64,000 nucleotides of DNA from an uncultured Pseudomonadales bacterium (lineage in GTDB: Bacteria > Patescibacteriota > Microgenomatia > UBA1400 > CAYXSR01). The notes below the pieces were generated by a model that worked only from the letters and a program-made list of their open reading frames with translations, did not search any database and had not been told where the DNA came from. Within the stretch, counting starts at the first letter, position 1, and the number at the start of each line of letters is the position of its first letter. The translations under genes and the position numbers were made by a program. The DNA lies in the NCBI GenBank assembly GCA_964467735.1, contig CAYXSR010000002.1, forward strand, positions 51,885 to 115,884, given 5' to 3'. This document shows positions 20,027-29,935 of the stretch, piece by piece.

Positions 20027-23000
20027 TTATTCTCCTTTCTCTTTTCCTTAGATCTTTTAATGTTTGTACGCTAGCTAACATTGTAACAGAAATTATTGAT
20101 ACCAGAGAAATAGCAAAACCAATGTTTAATAATCTTTGCGGTTCATATTCAACTACGAGAGTATATTCTTTCTGATTATCAACACACTCAGGTTTAATCA
20201 ACCATTGGTTAGCATAACTGTTGGCCTCAAAATGCATTTCTTCAGGAACAGCTTGTTTTTGACTAATATTAAATAACTCTTTAAATAAAGAAATATTTGT
20301 CTTCTTATATATCTTCCAGTATTTATTATATTTTTGTGAAAAAACCAGCATGTAGGGATTTTGAGCATTTTTTATTTCAACTTCATACTTAGTAGGATTA
20401 ATTTTCTTAAAATGTATTAAGGGTTTATCTTGGTAATCTGTTTCTGATTGTTTGCTTTTTACCATTAATGAAGGAATGTTCATTTTTAGCAAGCGAGCTT
20501 CTATTATTTTAATTTTTCCTTGAAGATGTCTTAAAACTATACTTCCTTTTAAGCTATTTCCATTAGTTTTAAAAAGTAAGGAAAACCTGCCTCCTTTAGA
20601 AACTCTTTCGCTTCTTATTGTCTGTTCTTTTGTCTGCCATTGTCCCTGACTATAATAGTCTATATTTTCTTTTACATAAACTTCAAAAGCAGAATTATCT
20701 TCCATTTCATAATCAAATTCTAAAAGATAAACTTCGGCAGGCGACCAATTACTAATATTTTGAAAGTAAGAATCTGATTCTATCAGCAAAGGATTATTTT
20801 CTTTGGTTTGCAATTCTTCCTCGTCTACCTCATTTCTTTCCATTTCCAAGCTACCGTCAATCAGGATTCGCCAATTGTTGTTATTAATAAGGTTGTTATA
20901 ATTAATACTTATCTCTGGTTTAATGCTTGTTTCTTCTTCAAGATCGATAGTGCCGAGGTCAATTAGACTTTTCTGTTGTAAGGATTCAGAAGCAATCTCT
21001 TTCTCTAATCCATCAATAGAGACTCTTAAATTTTCTATTCCTGAAAAATCCTTTTCCGGCTTTATAAATAGTTCATATTCTCCATTTTCTGGAACTTCTA
21101 GACTATATTCAAGTTTATCTGGATCTACAAGTTTCATCCTCTCCGCAGCTCTTGTGGTTAAATCCTCAAAAATCTTAGACCAATGGATAATTTTGTCATT
21201 ACTCCAACCCTCTTTATTAGCAAGCTCATTAAAGGTATTTTTGTGATAATTCACATAATTAATTGTAAGCTGTAAACCTTCATGCTTATTGTCTAACAAC
21301 TCTGATTGATTAATGACTTCCTCTATTATCTTTTCAAAATCCTTTAAGTTTTTCTGCCACCAGGTATTACTTGTTCCCCACTTTACAATCTCCGCTATCC
21401 TTTTGGCAGCATAAAAATGAATTAAGTCAAATTTTTCTCGAGAGGTTAAATTCTTTTTTAAGGAGCGCTGTTCTTTTGCTCTTATCAAAGGATAAATAAA
21501 CGAATTAGGCTTAATTCTAACGTAGGGATAGGAAACAACACCTTTTACCTCCATATCTAAATCTCTTCTAATAAAATTATTTTTAAGATTGGTTGTAAAG
21601 TTTTTTGGACGGGAAAAAATAAATTTCTGATCAGATATTTTGTTAATAAACTCATCTTTGGCTTTAAGATCACTTTTTGCTTTTATCTGTGGATGAACTA
21701 AGTAAAAAGAGTATTTTTTGTCATCACTAACAAAATCGTTAAAGTTTAATATGTCTGTTGGATTCTCACTGTCAATCTGTATTATTTCGTCTGCAATATA
21801 AAGAGTTGGTAAAAAACAGTTATTATCTATCTCTCTTAGAGTAAAATAATTATTCTCTTGGATAATATTTCCAGAGAAATCCAAATTCTTAACAACTGGC
21901 CCATGAAGACTATCTTTTTCTTGTAATAAATAACCAATGTTAAAAATTTTAGTAAACAGGCAAGCCTTGGTAACAGGTAAGAAATTAATTTGGTTATCTC
22001 CAATAACATCATTCGCATAATTAATCGGTTTATTAACCAACCATTTAATTATTGGTTGTCCGGAATAACCCCATGACTTATTAACATAGCCGTCGCCTAA
22101 TGGAAGACTTAATATTTTCCCTTTGTCATCCTCAAACTTATTTATTGCCTGAGATATTTTAAAATATTCTTCTGGTACTCTATAACCTTTTTCTTCTAGA
22201 CTGCCACCTTGCCAGTTTTCAAGCTTTCTTCCTTGATAAACCGGAGCAAAAACTAAAAAATGGATTAAGCAAAATATTATTAATAAAACTGTTTTTGTTT
22301 TTAAAAAACTCTTAATTGTTAAACCCAGTAAAAAGGTATAAAAAATAACCCCTCCAATAATTAAACTTGAAGTAGTTCTAAAAATTTTGAAGAAAGGTAA
22401 ATGAAATAACAAAAACTTATAAACTTCGCCAAAAGGAGGATTGGAACCTTTTGCCAAAAAAATAAAAAACAATAAGAAAGTTAAAAGAAGATATATTTTT
22501 ATTTTCTTAGATCTTTTTTTAACTAAAAAGGCGTTAAGGATAATTAAGAACCAAAGAAAAAAAGTCCAAATAATGAAAAACGGCGAAGATAAAAATTTAC
22601 CTAAAGAAGTATTCTTATTTATAAGATTTGAATTAAAAAACCGTGAAGTAAAAGGAAGAGAAGCGGAGAATATGTCAGCATTTCCATCATAAACCACCAC
22701 TTCTTTTGAGTAATAGTTGTAAATTCCACCAGGCCCAAAAACGTCTCTAATAAAAGGAATTACTACATAAGCATTAAGTATTATTGTAAGAAGGCCTAAG
22801 ACAACAAGTCTGAAAAAAACCTTTTTAAATTTCACCTGCCTTACCCTTATATAGTAAATTAAGGTAAATATCAGACTGAAGAAAAAAACTATAGAAAATT
22901 TTACTTGCGGAAAGTCAGTAATAAAAGAAATATTAAAAAAATATGAAAAAAGTAAAGCATATATAATTTTTTTCTTATCTATAAATTGAAGAATTAAGAA

Positions 23001-23492
23001 AAGACATATTGGTATACCATATAATGGTACTGTTCCGACAATAACTAAAATCGCGGCTGGATTTAAGAAAAAAAGAATCGCCACCAATAAAGGCCAGTTA
23101 TTATTATTTTTCTTATTATTCGATGGGTGAAGAAGTTTAAATAAGCCAAAACTGGCGAAAAATCCAAGAAGATAAATTACTATAGTGAATATCTTTACCA
23201 TCAAATACGATGGAATTTGTAGCCAAGATAATAACAAGAAAGGCGCTTGCCAAGCTAAAAGTACATAACCAAAAAAACTAAAACCGTTGTTTCCTTCTTC
23301 CCATATAAAAATTGATTTTTTAATATTATTTTGCGGACTTAGAGGATAAATGAAATCACCACCGATATAATAATTCTTATCCCAAATTGAAAATATAAAA
23401 AATCCAAAAATAGAAAAAGTAATTAATAAATAAAAATATTTTAAGCAATTCTCCTTTATATTTTTAATTATTCTTATCACAAAATCATCCAT
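20019..23492 (-). CDS. Large GT-C-like membrane protein, paralog B (YfhO/AftD-like architecture)
   Basis: 1157 aa. N-terminal YYIGGDFIYPLSPQNN...FIWEEGNNGFSFFGYVLLAWQ, then about 12 TM helices with KGSNPPFGEVYKFLLFHLPFFKIFRTTS, a ~650-aa extracytoplasmic domain, and a C-terminal TM anchor (LLNIGFAISLVSIISVTMLA). It is clearly paralogous to 23497..26415 along its full length. Confidence 0.55.
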   Translation of the reverse strand: MDDFVIRIIKNIKENCLKYFYLLITFSIFGFFIFSIWDKNYYIGGDFIYPLSPQNNIKKSIFIWEEGNNGFSFFGYVLLAWQAPFLLLSWLQIPSYLMVKIFTIVIYLLGFFASFGLFKLLHPSNNKKNNNNWPLLVAILFFLNPAAILVIVGTVPLYGIPICLFLILQFIDKKKIIYALLFSYFFNISFITDFPQVKFSIVFFFSLIFTLIYYIRVRQVKFKKVFFRLVVLGLLTIILNAYVVIPFIRDVFGPGGIYNYYSKEVVVYDGNADIFSASLPFTSRFFNSNLINKNTSLGKFLSSPFFIIWTFFLWFLIILNAFLVKKRSKKIKIYLLLTFLLFFIFLAKGSNPPFGEVYKFLLFHLPFFKIFRTTSSLIIGGVIFYTFLLGLTIKSFLKTKTVLLIIFCLIHFLVFAPVYQGRKLENWQGGSLEEKGYRVPEEYFKISQAINKFEDDKGKILSLPLGDGYVNKSWGYSGQPIIKWLVNKPINYANDVIGDNQINFLPVTKACLFTKIFNIGYLLQEKDSLHGPVVKNLDFSGNIIQENNYFTLREIDNNCFLPTLYIADEIIQIDSENPTDILNFNDFVSDDKKYSFYLVHPQIKAKSDLKAKDEFINKISDQKFIFSRPKNFTTNLKNNFIRRDLDMEVKGVVSYPYVRIKPNSFIYPLIRAKEQRSLKKNLTSREKFDLIHFYAAKRIAEIVKWGTSNTWWQKNLKDFEKIIEEVINQSELLDNKHEGLQLTINYVNYHKNTFNELANKEGWSNDKIIHWSKIFEDLTTRAAERMKLVDPDKLEYSLEVPENGEYELFIKPEKDFSGIENLRVSIDGLEKEIASESLQQKSLIDLGTIDLEEETSIKPEISINYNNLINNNNWRILIDGSLEMERNEVDEEELQTKENNPLLIESDSYFQNISNWSPAEVYLLEFDYEMEDNSAFEVYVKENIDYYSQGQWQTKEQTIRSERVSKGGRFSLLFKTNGNSLKGSIVLRHLQGKIKIIEARLLKMNIPSLMVKSKQSETDYQDKPLIHFKKINPTKYEVEIKNAQNPYMLVFSQKYNKYWKIYKKTNISLFKELFNISQKQAVPEEMHFEANSYANQWLIKPECVDNQKEYTLVVEYEPQRLLNIGFAISLVSIISVTMLASVQTLKDLRKRERRINE

Positions 23493-23496
23493 TTGT

Positions 23497-26415
23497 TTAA
23501 TTCTTTCTATGTGTATTTTTAATTTTAATGACTTTAATAAAGCTAATAATTAGGATTATCAAAACACTAATAAATGATATTGTTATACCCACTATAAACA
23601 GTCTTTGTGGAACATATTCAATAATTAATTTACATTTTTTTCCGTCGCAATTTTTACTTTTCTCTATTATCCAACCATTAGCATAGCCATTAGCTAAAAA
23701 GTGCGAATTTTCTGGCACAGTTTTCTGGTTAAAATTTAATATATCACTTATCGACAAGAATTTATAATTTTGAACTTGCTGACTGACTTTCTTACTTGGA
23801 AATTCTATAGTTTCAAATTGCTTCTGATCAGGTAACTTTTTGTCAGTATAAAATACTTTCCATCGTGAATCAAAACCTTCTGAAAAAACCAAATAAACAG
23901 GAAAATTTAAAGATTCTATCTCAGCAAGATATTTGGTTGGGTTAATCTTTCTAAATATTAATTTGGCTTCATCATCATAATAGCTGTCTTTTTCTGTTTC
24001 TAAAAAGATTTCTGGGATTATTAATTCTTTTAAAGAAACTTTCTTAACAATGTTTTCTGACCCCAAATTATAAATATATATCTTGGCTTTAATAGCATCC
24101 TCATCAGCTTTAATAATTTTAGAATAATTTATTTTACCAGAACCACTAATCTTTTCATTTAGTATAGTAAAGTTTAAATTTTGTTTAATATATCTACCTT
24201 TATGAATAAGTTTTCTTTCATCTATTAGTACTCCTATATAATTATTAAGAGGAGCCTCTATCTCAAGAGAAAGTAGATAAGTTTTCCCTTTATTCCAACC
24301 TTCAAGAGATTGAAACATAACTGAATTACCGACATCAAGACAAGGAGGCTCAAGCTTTGTATAATCATCTCCTTTGCGATTATCAAACCAGTCTTTACTG
24401 ATTATTTCTGGTGAATTATTAATGGCTAATTCTATTTCCGACTCCCCTTCTGTAATCTTTTGCCCGTTTTCAATATCAAATTTAATATCATTTATTTTTA
24501 GACTGTTGATTTTGTCCAAGTCTTTACTTAAGATTTTATATTTGCCATCTTTGGGTATTTTTATTTTGTATTTTAATTCCTGAAATTCTTGTTTGTCCTC
24601 TGGAATAAATTCTGCTTTTGTCACTATTTTATTTGGTTCTATCTCGGCTAAATTATTATAAGTAAGGCTTAACTCTGGATTTCTAAGCAACCTTGATATT
24701 TCGGCAATATCGTTATCATTTCCTCCAAACAAAATCTTTTGTTTTGCCAAGTATAAATGAGGAACAAAACATTCATCGTCCACTTTATTTACCACCAAAT
24801 TTTCTCCTGAGTAAATTGGTTTAGCCGGTAATTTCAAGTCATTAAAATCAAACACATCTAAAGAGTCTTTTTCCTCGATAATATAACTAATATTTTGAAC
24901 TCCTATTTCGGCGCAAATTTCCTGCTTAGAAAAATTCCTCCATTGACTATTTTTTATTTGTTGATCAACAGAACCAAAGGCGCTTCCTATAACTGGTTTA
25001 TCAATCACCCAAGGCATTAATGTACTGCCACTAAAATTCCAATCCTTGTAACTATAACTATCATTGAAAGGTAATGTTAAGATTTTTCCATCAATTTTTT
25101 CTTTTCTTAAAATATCAGCTGTTGCAAAATAGTCTTGTGGAATATCTATTCTTTTTCTAACATTTTTATTATTTAAATATTCAAAGTTTGAATAATCTAA
25201 AAACACAAACCTAAATACAAAAATATGAATGATTAAAAAAAAGTAAAACAGTTTTTTTGACTTACTATAGATAAACTTAAAAACCAACCCCAATAAGATA
25301 CTAAAAAAGAAGCTACATCCTATTAAAATAATCGGGGTGGTTCTAAAAAACCCAAATAGAACGAAATTTAATAACAAAAACTTATAAACTTCGCCAAAAG
25401 GAGGATTTGGTCCCTTGGCCCAAAAAATAAAAAATATTAAAAAAAAAGTTAAAAAATAAAGAAGTTTTTTTTCCTTCTTTTCTTTGGTTTTGTAAATAAC
25501 CCAAAAAATCAATCCCCATAAAAAATAACACCAAAAAAGAAAAACTGGACTCTGTAGGGTTTTGCCCAAAATCGTCACATCGTTAACAAAATTAGAATTA
25601 TAGAAATTGAATACATAAGAAAGGCTGGCAGAGTGAATATCCGCATTTCCACCATAAAGATTTAAAATCTTTCTTTTATTAACATTATTATTACTTAAAA
25701 TAACGTCGTTAATAAATGGCATCAACAAATAAGCATTAAGAAGAATGGTTATTACCAACACTTTAATTAAAGGAAATATTAGTTCCTTGAAATTTATTTT
25801 TCTTAAGTAAGAATAAAGTAAAACAATAAAAAGAAGAGAAAAGCTATAAATTACTAGATACTTTGCCTGAGGTAAATCAGAAAAAGATCCAAAATTAATA
25901 AAGAAAGCGAGAGGAAGAGTATATAAAAAATTTTTTGTATCTAGATACTTAATTAAGAAAAAAATACAGGAAGGAAGAAAATATAGTTGATAAGCTCCTT
26001 TAAGCACGAGAATACTAATAGGGTTTAGAAAAAAGAATAGTCCGCAAATTACAGCTATTTTATTCTCCAAATATTTTTTTTCTTTAAAAAGTTCCCAATA
26101 GGAAAGATAAGTGAAAATGACGCCGATAGATAAAGTCAATATTATAAAAATCTTAATCCCAAAAGCTGGTGAAAATGACAGTCTACTCAAAACATAAAAA
26201 AAAGATTGCCAATTCAAATACATATACTTAAAAAAGCTTTTGCCACTCTCCACCTCTTCCCATAAATAAAGTGACTTATTAATATTTGCTTCTGGGTTTA
26301 GGGGAAAAATCCCATCTCCACTATAGTAATAACCACCCCTTAATATTAAATAAAAATAAATCAGAAATGGAAAAAAAATTAGTAAACCCCAGATTATTTT
26401 ATTTCTTTTATACAT
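23497..26415 (-). CDS. Large GT-C-like membrane protein, paralog C (YfhO/AftD-like architecture)
   Basis: 972 aa. YYYSGDGIFPLNPEAN...YLWEEVESGKSFFKYMYLNWQ; KGPNPPFGEVYKFLLLNFVLFGFFRTTP; C-terminal IEYVPQRLFIVGITISFISVLIILII. It has the same domain order as paralog B. Confidence 0.55.
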   Translation of the reverse strand: MYKRNKIIWGLLIFFPFLIYFYLILRGGYYYSGDGIFPLNPEANINKSLYLWEEVESGKSFFKYMYLNWQSFFYVLSRLSFSPAFGIKIFIILTLSIGVIFTYLSYWELFKEKKYLENKIAVICGLFFFLNPISILVLKGAYQLYFLPSCIFFLIKYLDTKNFLYTLPLAFFINFGSFSDLPQAKYLVIYSFSLLFIVLLYSYLRKINFKELIFPLIKVLVITILLNAYLLMPFINDVILSNNNVNKRKILNLYGGNADIHSASLSYVFNFYNSNFVNDVTILGKTLQSPVFLFWCYFLWGLIFWVIYKTKEKKEKKLLYFLTFFLIFFIFWAKGPNPPFGEVYKFLLLNFVLFGFFRTTPIILIGCSFFFSILLGLVFKFIYSKSKKLFYFFLIIHIFVFRFVFLDYSNFEYLNNKNVRKRIDIPQDYFATADILRKEKIDGKILTLPFNDSYSYKDWNFSGSTLMPWVIDKPVIGSAFGSVDQQIKNSQWRNFSKQEICAEIGVQNISYIIEEKDSLDVFDFNDLKLPAKPIYSGENLVVNKVDDECFVPHLYLAKQKILFGGNDNDIAEISRLLRNPELSLTYNNLAEIEPNKIVTKAEFIPEDKQEFQELKYKIKIPKDGKYKILSKDLDKINSLKINDIKFDIENGQKITEGESEIELAINNSPEIISKDWFDNRKGDDYTKLEPPCLDVGNSVMFQSLEGWNKGKTYLLSLEIEAPLNNYIGVLIDERKLIHKGRYIKQNLNFTILNEKISGSGKINYSKIIKADEDAIKAKIYIYNLGSENIVKKVSLKELIIPEIFLETEKDSYYDDEAKLIFRKINPTKYLAEIESLNFPVYLVFSEGFDSRWKVFYTDKKLPDQKQFETIEFPSKKVSQQVQNYKFLSISDILNFNQKTVPENSHFLANGYANGWIIEKSKNCDGKKCKLIIEYVPQRLFIVGITISFISVLIILIISFIKVIKIKNTHRKN

Positions 26416-27056
26416 AATAATGCTTTGCTAGTTTCCGGTTTGTATAAGCAGTAAGAATAGTTTAATATTTCAGAAACAGCCCCCCAAAAAAACTTAGGTC
26501 TTAAAACAATACTATATTTGTTGTCCCTGAGGAATTTAGGTCCATACAAACCATATACTTGGTAACCTTTATTCCTAAAATCTTTAGTAGTCCATCCGGA
26601 CAAGTGAGTTTCTAGATCTTCGCCGTCTCCAATTTGCGATAGAAATCCATTGGTTGTAAAAATAATAACTTTTTTCTTTGCTAATCTTTCTGCATCTTTA
26701 ACTAACTTAACCCCATCATCCTTTCCCAAATGTTCAATGAGATCAAGACAAATCACCGCATCAAATGACTTTTCTTTAAACTTTTTCCCAATATTCCTGG
26801 CATTCATATACAGAAATTTATTATGCGTCTTATTCTTTTTTGCTTTCTGTAAATTTTTTTTGTATAGATCAATTCCAAATAAATCCTTTCCTTCCAAAAG
26901 AGATAAAGGAGAATTAGCTCCGCAGCCAACGTCTAAAATTGAATGACAATGTTTTAACATTCCATCTAGTCTGTATAAAAAATTGGAAAAAGCAATATTT
27001 GGAAAACAAATCTTAAAATATTTACAACGTAATTTAAACTTTTCTAAAAGGCTCAT
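26394..27056 (-). CDS. Class I SAM-dependent methyltransferase
   Basis: ILDVGCGANSPLSLLEGKDLFGIDLYKKNLQKAKK...FDAVICLDLIEHL (SAM-binding motif I and post-I). Confidence 0.7.
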   Translation of the reverse strand: MSLLEKFKLRCKYFKICFPNIAFSNFLYRLDGMLKHCHSILDVGCGANSPLSLLEGKDLFGIDLYKKNLQKAKKNKTHNKFLYMNARNIGKKFKEKSFDAVICLDLIEHLGKDDGVKLVKDAERLAKKKVIIFTTNGFLSQIGDGEDLETHLSGWTTKDFRNKGYQVYGLYGPKFLRDNKYSIVLRPKFFWGAVSEILNYSYCLYKPETSKALLCIKEIK

Positions 27057-27060
27057 TTTT

Positions 27061-27742
27061 TTAATTCTTTCTTTTTTTTCTTTTTTTAGCAGCCACTGCC
27101 ATGACCATCATTGCCCAGCTTGGCTTAATTTTAGCTAAAAAGCCACTAATAAAGAAAGATAAATTAATCGTATTCCCTTCTATTTTTATATTTTTAAAAC
27201 CATTTGCTTTCAATTGTTCTTCGAGGTTTTTCACAGTGTAATATCTGATATGACCTACTGACGGGAACATTGTTAATTCTAACCATGCTTGAATATTCAA
27301 GAAAAGGATTTATACCAAACAACAACCTTCTTCCAATAGAGGTAACATTTGGGGTGGTTATTATTATTTTGCCGTTAGTTTTTAGCAACTGCCAACATTT
27401 CTGTAGAAGTGCATCTGTATCAAAAACATGTTCTAAAATATCTCCTAAAATAATTGCATCAAAACTGTTTTTGGGAAAAGTGATTTTTGATTTTTCAACA
27501 TCAATTCTCTTAACAATCAATCCCTTTTTCTTGGCTATTTTAAGCCTTTTTGAAGAAATATCTATTCCGTAAACTTTGTAACCTTGATTTAAAAGAATTT
27601 CTCCAATAAAACCAATGCCGCAGCCAACATCTAAATTTTTTTTTCCTCTACCAAAGTTTTCTAGTAAAAAAGTTATCTTCTCTGGATAATATCCATATCT
27701 TTCTAGTTTTTGATATTCCTTTTTATTATATACTTTATTCAT
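27061..27742 (-). pseudogene. Class I SAM-dependent methyltransferase, apparently interrupted by a single-nucleotide frameshift
   Basis: Two overlapping minus-strand ORFs in different frames (27194..27742 and 27061..27300) each carry part of one methyltransferase. The upstream ORF has LDVGCGIGFIGEIL...FDAIILGDILEHV...ITTPN...FGINPFLEYSS. The downstream ORF continues with ...FPSVGHIRYYTVKNLEEQLKANGF. The shift lies in the ~20-nt stretch gttagaattaacaatgttccc. Confidence 0.45.
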
Positions 27743-27758
27743 TTGTATTATTTCTATT

Positions 27759-28910
27759 TCAATTAATATTTTTTCCCAATTTGGGAAACATTTCTTTTAT
27801 TTCTTTACGGGCAATCTTGTCCCAATCAAAATTTTTTAAAGTATTATTATATTTTAACGGCTTTTTTAAAAATCTTATAATAAAACAAACTATTTTTTCT
27901 TTTCCTTTTTTCTTAAATGTTTTTAATTGTCCTGTTTTAATAAATTCTCCAAAAACATCGTAGTAAATCGGCAACTCATAAGCGACTACCTGTTTATTGG
28001 CCGCTAAAGCTTCGATTACCACTTGCGGACAATGTTCATCATAACTTAGGAACAAAAAAAGTTTACACTTTGAGTAAATACTTCCTTTCTCCACTCCTTC
28101 TTTATAGCCTAAAATTTTAATATTATTTTTCAAATTATTTTTTTTTATTTGTCGAAATAATTTTCTTTTAATCTCTATGTCTCCATCCCCCATTATACCC
28201 AAGGAAATATTATTAATTCTTCTCTTCAAAAGACCAACTACATCTACCAAGTCAAAAATACCCTTTGCTGGATGAAGTCGTCCAGCAAAAAGTAAATCAC
28301 AACTTGGTGATTTTCTTATAATTGATTTGAAAATACTCGTATCGATTCCATAACGATCTCCAGTTTTAATTACTTTAATTCCTTTTCGCTTATAATACTC
28401 TTTTAAAGTGTCGGACACTAAAAAAATCGCACTGGTTTTTCTTAATAAGATATTACCTAGTCTAAATCCTAAAAAAGATAAAGTTTTTAAAATTAAATTT
28501 CCCGGATTTTTAAAGGGATTTGATACTAGATTATCAATTACCACGTAAATTTTAAGATTTTTGTTAAATAACTTACCAATCCAAGGCAGTATTAGAAAAT
28601 CAATTGTTCCCGACATACAATAAACTTTTTCAAATTTACTTAAGTTTCTAAACCATACTGGCCATGCTTTAAAGTGTAAAAGAATTGTTGACCAAACAAC
28701 ATCACGTTGAAATTTAATTTTATGTTTAAAAGGAACCACAATAAAATCAATATTTTTTAATTTCTCTGAGTAATATTTCTTTCCTTCCAAATTGGTAAAA
28801 AAAGTAAGTTTTAATTTTTTCCAAAATCTTATTTTGGCAATAAAAGGTTCCCGGTTAACCCCTTTTGTGTAATTAATGTCAAATATTAGTAATTTATTTT
28901 TTACTGTCAT
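27759..28910 (-). CDS. Glycosyltransferase, GT-B (GT4-like), paralog of 29935..31116
   Basis: LLFAGRLHPAKGIFDLVDVVGLLKRR...LGIMGDGDIEIKRKLFRQIKKNNLKNNIKILGY parallels LLYCGRIHLAKGILDLVEVAKLVCDRR...IGILGEGEKDVKKQFYQKIKDYGLENNFIHFGY in the other copy. Confidence 0.6.
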   Translation of the reverse strand: MTVKNKLLIFDINYTKGVNREPFIAKIRFWKKLKLTFFTNLEGKKYYSEKLKNIDFIVVPFKHKIKFQRDVVWSTILLHFKAWPVWFRNLSKFEKVYCMSGTIDFLILPWIGKLFNKNLKIYVVIDNLVSNPFKNPGNLILKTLSFLGFRLGNILLRKTSAIFLVSDTLKEYYKRKGIKVIKTGDRYGIDTSIFKSIIRKSPSCDLLFAGRLHPAKGIFDLVDVVGLLKRRINNISLGIMGDGDIEIKRKLFRQIKKNNLKNNIKILGYKEGVEKGSIYSKCKLFLFLSYDEHCPQVVIEALAANKQVVAYELPIYYDVFGEFIKTGQLKTFKKKGKEKIVCFIIRFLKKPLKYNNTLKNFDWDKIARKEIKEMFPKLGKNIN

Positions 28911-29935
28911 TCAAATGTTGGTATTTTGATTTTTAGAAAAGCATTTAGTTTTCCGCTGCCAAAATATAATTTCTTAAAAATCTCCCAATCATTTACTTTT
29001 CTTCGACTCTGAACCCAAGATCTCTTTTTTAAAGTTGATCTAAAACACAATATATTCCACCACCAAGCAGCTAAATATTGATAAGAAACTTTCCGCCTAT
29101 TAAATATAAAAAAAATAATAATTTCTACTAAGTTAATCAGCAAGTAAATAGGCAAAAGCCATACAAGAGTAAACAAAGAGTAGTTTTTTATAAAATTCCT
29201 TATTGTATTACGCTCTCCCAAATAACGCCTTAGGTAAGTAGTGGCATATTTTGGACCTTTGATGATTCCTCCTTTTAAAGATCCTCCGCTAAAATGATAA
29301 ATAACAGCCTGGGGTACATTAAGTAAAGGAATTTTAAAAAGATGCGCTTTCCATGATAAATCTACATCATCGGCAAACATAAAAAGAGCTTCATCAAATC
29401 TTCCAATTTTATTAAAAGTTTTGTGCGGAATAAAGATGGCTGCCCCATCGCAATAAAACATTCTTTTTGTTGCGAGTGAATTATCATCGTTGTAAAGCTT
29501 AAAAGGAAATTGAAAAATATCAGTACAAATACCATCAAATAAATACTCTCCTCTTTCGTAACGTTTTTGTCTTCCTACCAAAATAAAATTTTTTCTTCTT
29601 GTTTGTTTTGCTGTTTTTAAAAAGTCTTTTAAACAATTATTATCCAAATAAGTATCTGGTCCTAAAAAAAATAAATACTCGCCCTCTGCGATTTTTGATC
29701 CCAAATTGTTTCCGCCAGCATACCCAATATTAAAGTCTGATTCGATTAATTTTATTTTTAGCTTTTTTTTAAAAGATTTAATAATTTCTTTTGTTATAGT
29801 AAGGCTTTTTTTATTGGACTTGGAATCAATCAGAATAATTTCTAGCTTTTTTACTTTTTGACAAATTATTGACTGTAGATATCTTTTCAAAAATCTATCC
29901 GAGTTGTAGCAAACAGTAATTATGGAAACTTTCAT
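28907..29935 (-). CDS. Glycosyltransferase family 2 (GT-A)
   Basis: MKVSIITVCYNSDRFLKRYLQSI...IILIDSKSNKKS...GYAGGNNLGSKIAEGEYLFFLGPD, with a C-terminal TM segment. Confidence 0.75.
   Translation of the reverse strand: MKVSIITVCYNSDRFLKRYLQSIICQKVKKLEIILIDSKSNKKSLTITKEIIKSFKKKLKIKLIESDFNIGYAGGNNLGSKIAEGEYLFFLGPDTYLDNNCLKDFLKTAKQTRRKNFILVGRQKRYERGEYLFDGICTDIFQFPFKLYNDDNSLATKRMFYCDGAAIFIPHKTFNKIGRFDEALFMFADDVDLSWKAHLFKIPLLNVPQAVIYHFSGGSLKGGIIKGPKYATTYLRRYLGERNTIRNFIKNYSLFTLVWLLPIYLLINLVEIIIFFIFNRRKVSYQYLAAWWWNILCFRSTLKKRSWVQSRRKVNDWEIFKKLYFGSGKLNAFLKIKIPTFE

Noticed and set aside
27061-27150. Lys/Arg-rich C-terminal tail (AAKKRKKRKN) on the second methyltransferase, which could be read as a nucleic-acid-binding or localisation signal.
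   Set aside because: It arises from an A-rich homopolymeric DNA run (gctaaaaaaagaaaaaaaagaaag) at the 3' end of a gene that already shows a frameshift. It is most likely a read-through or indel artefact rather than a functional motif.
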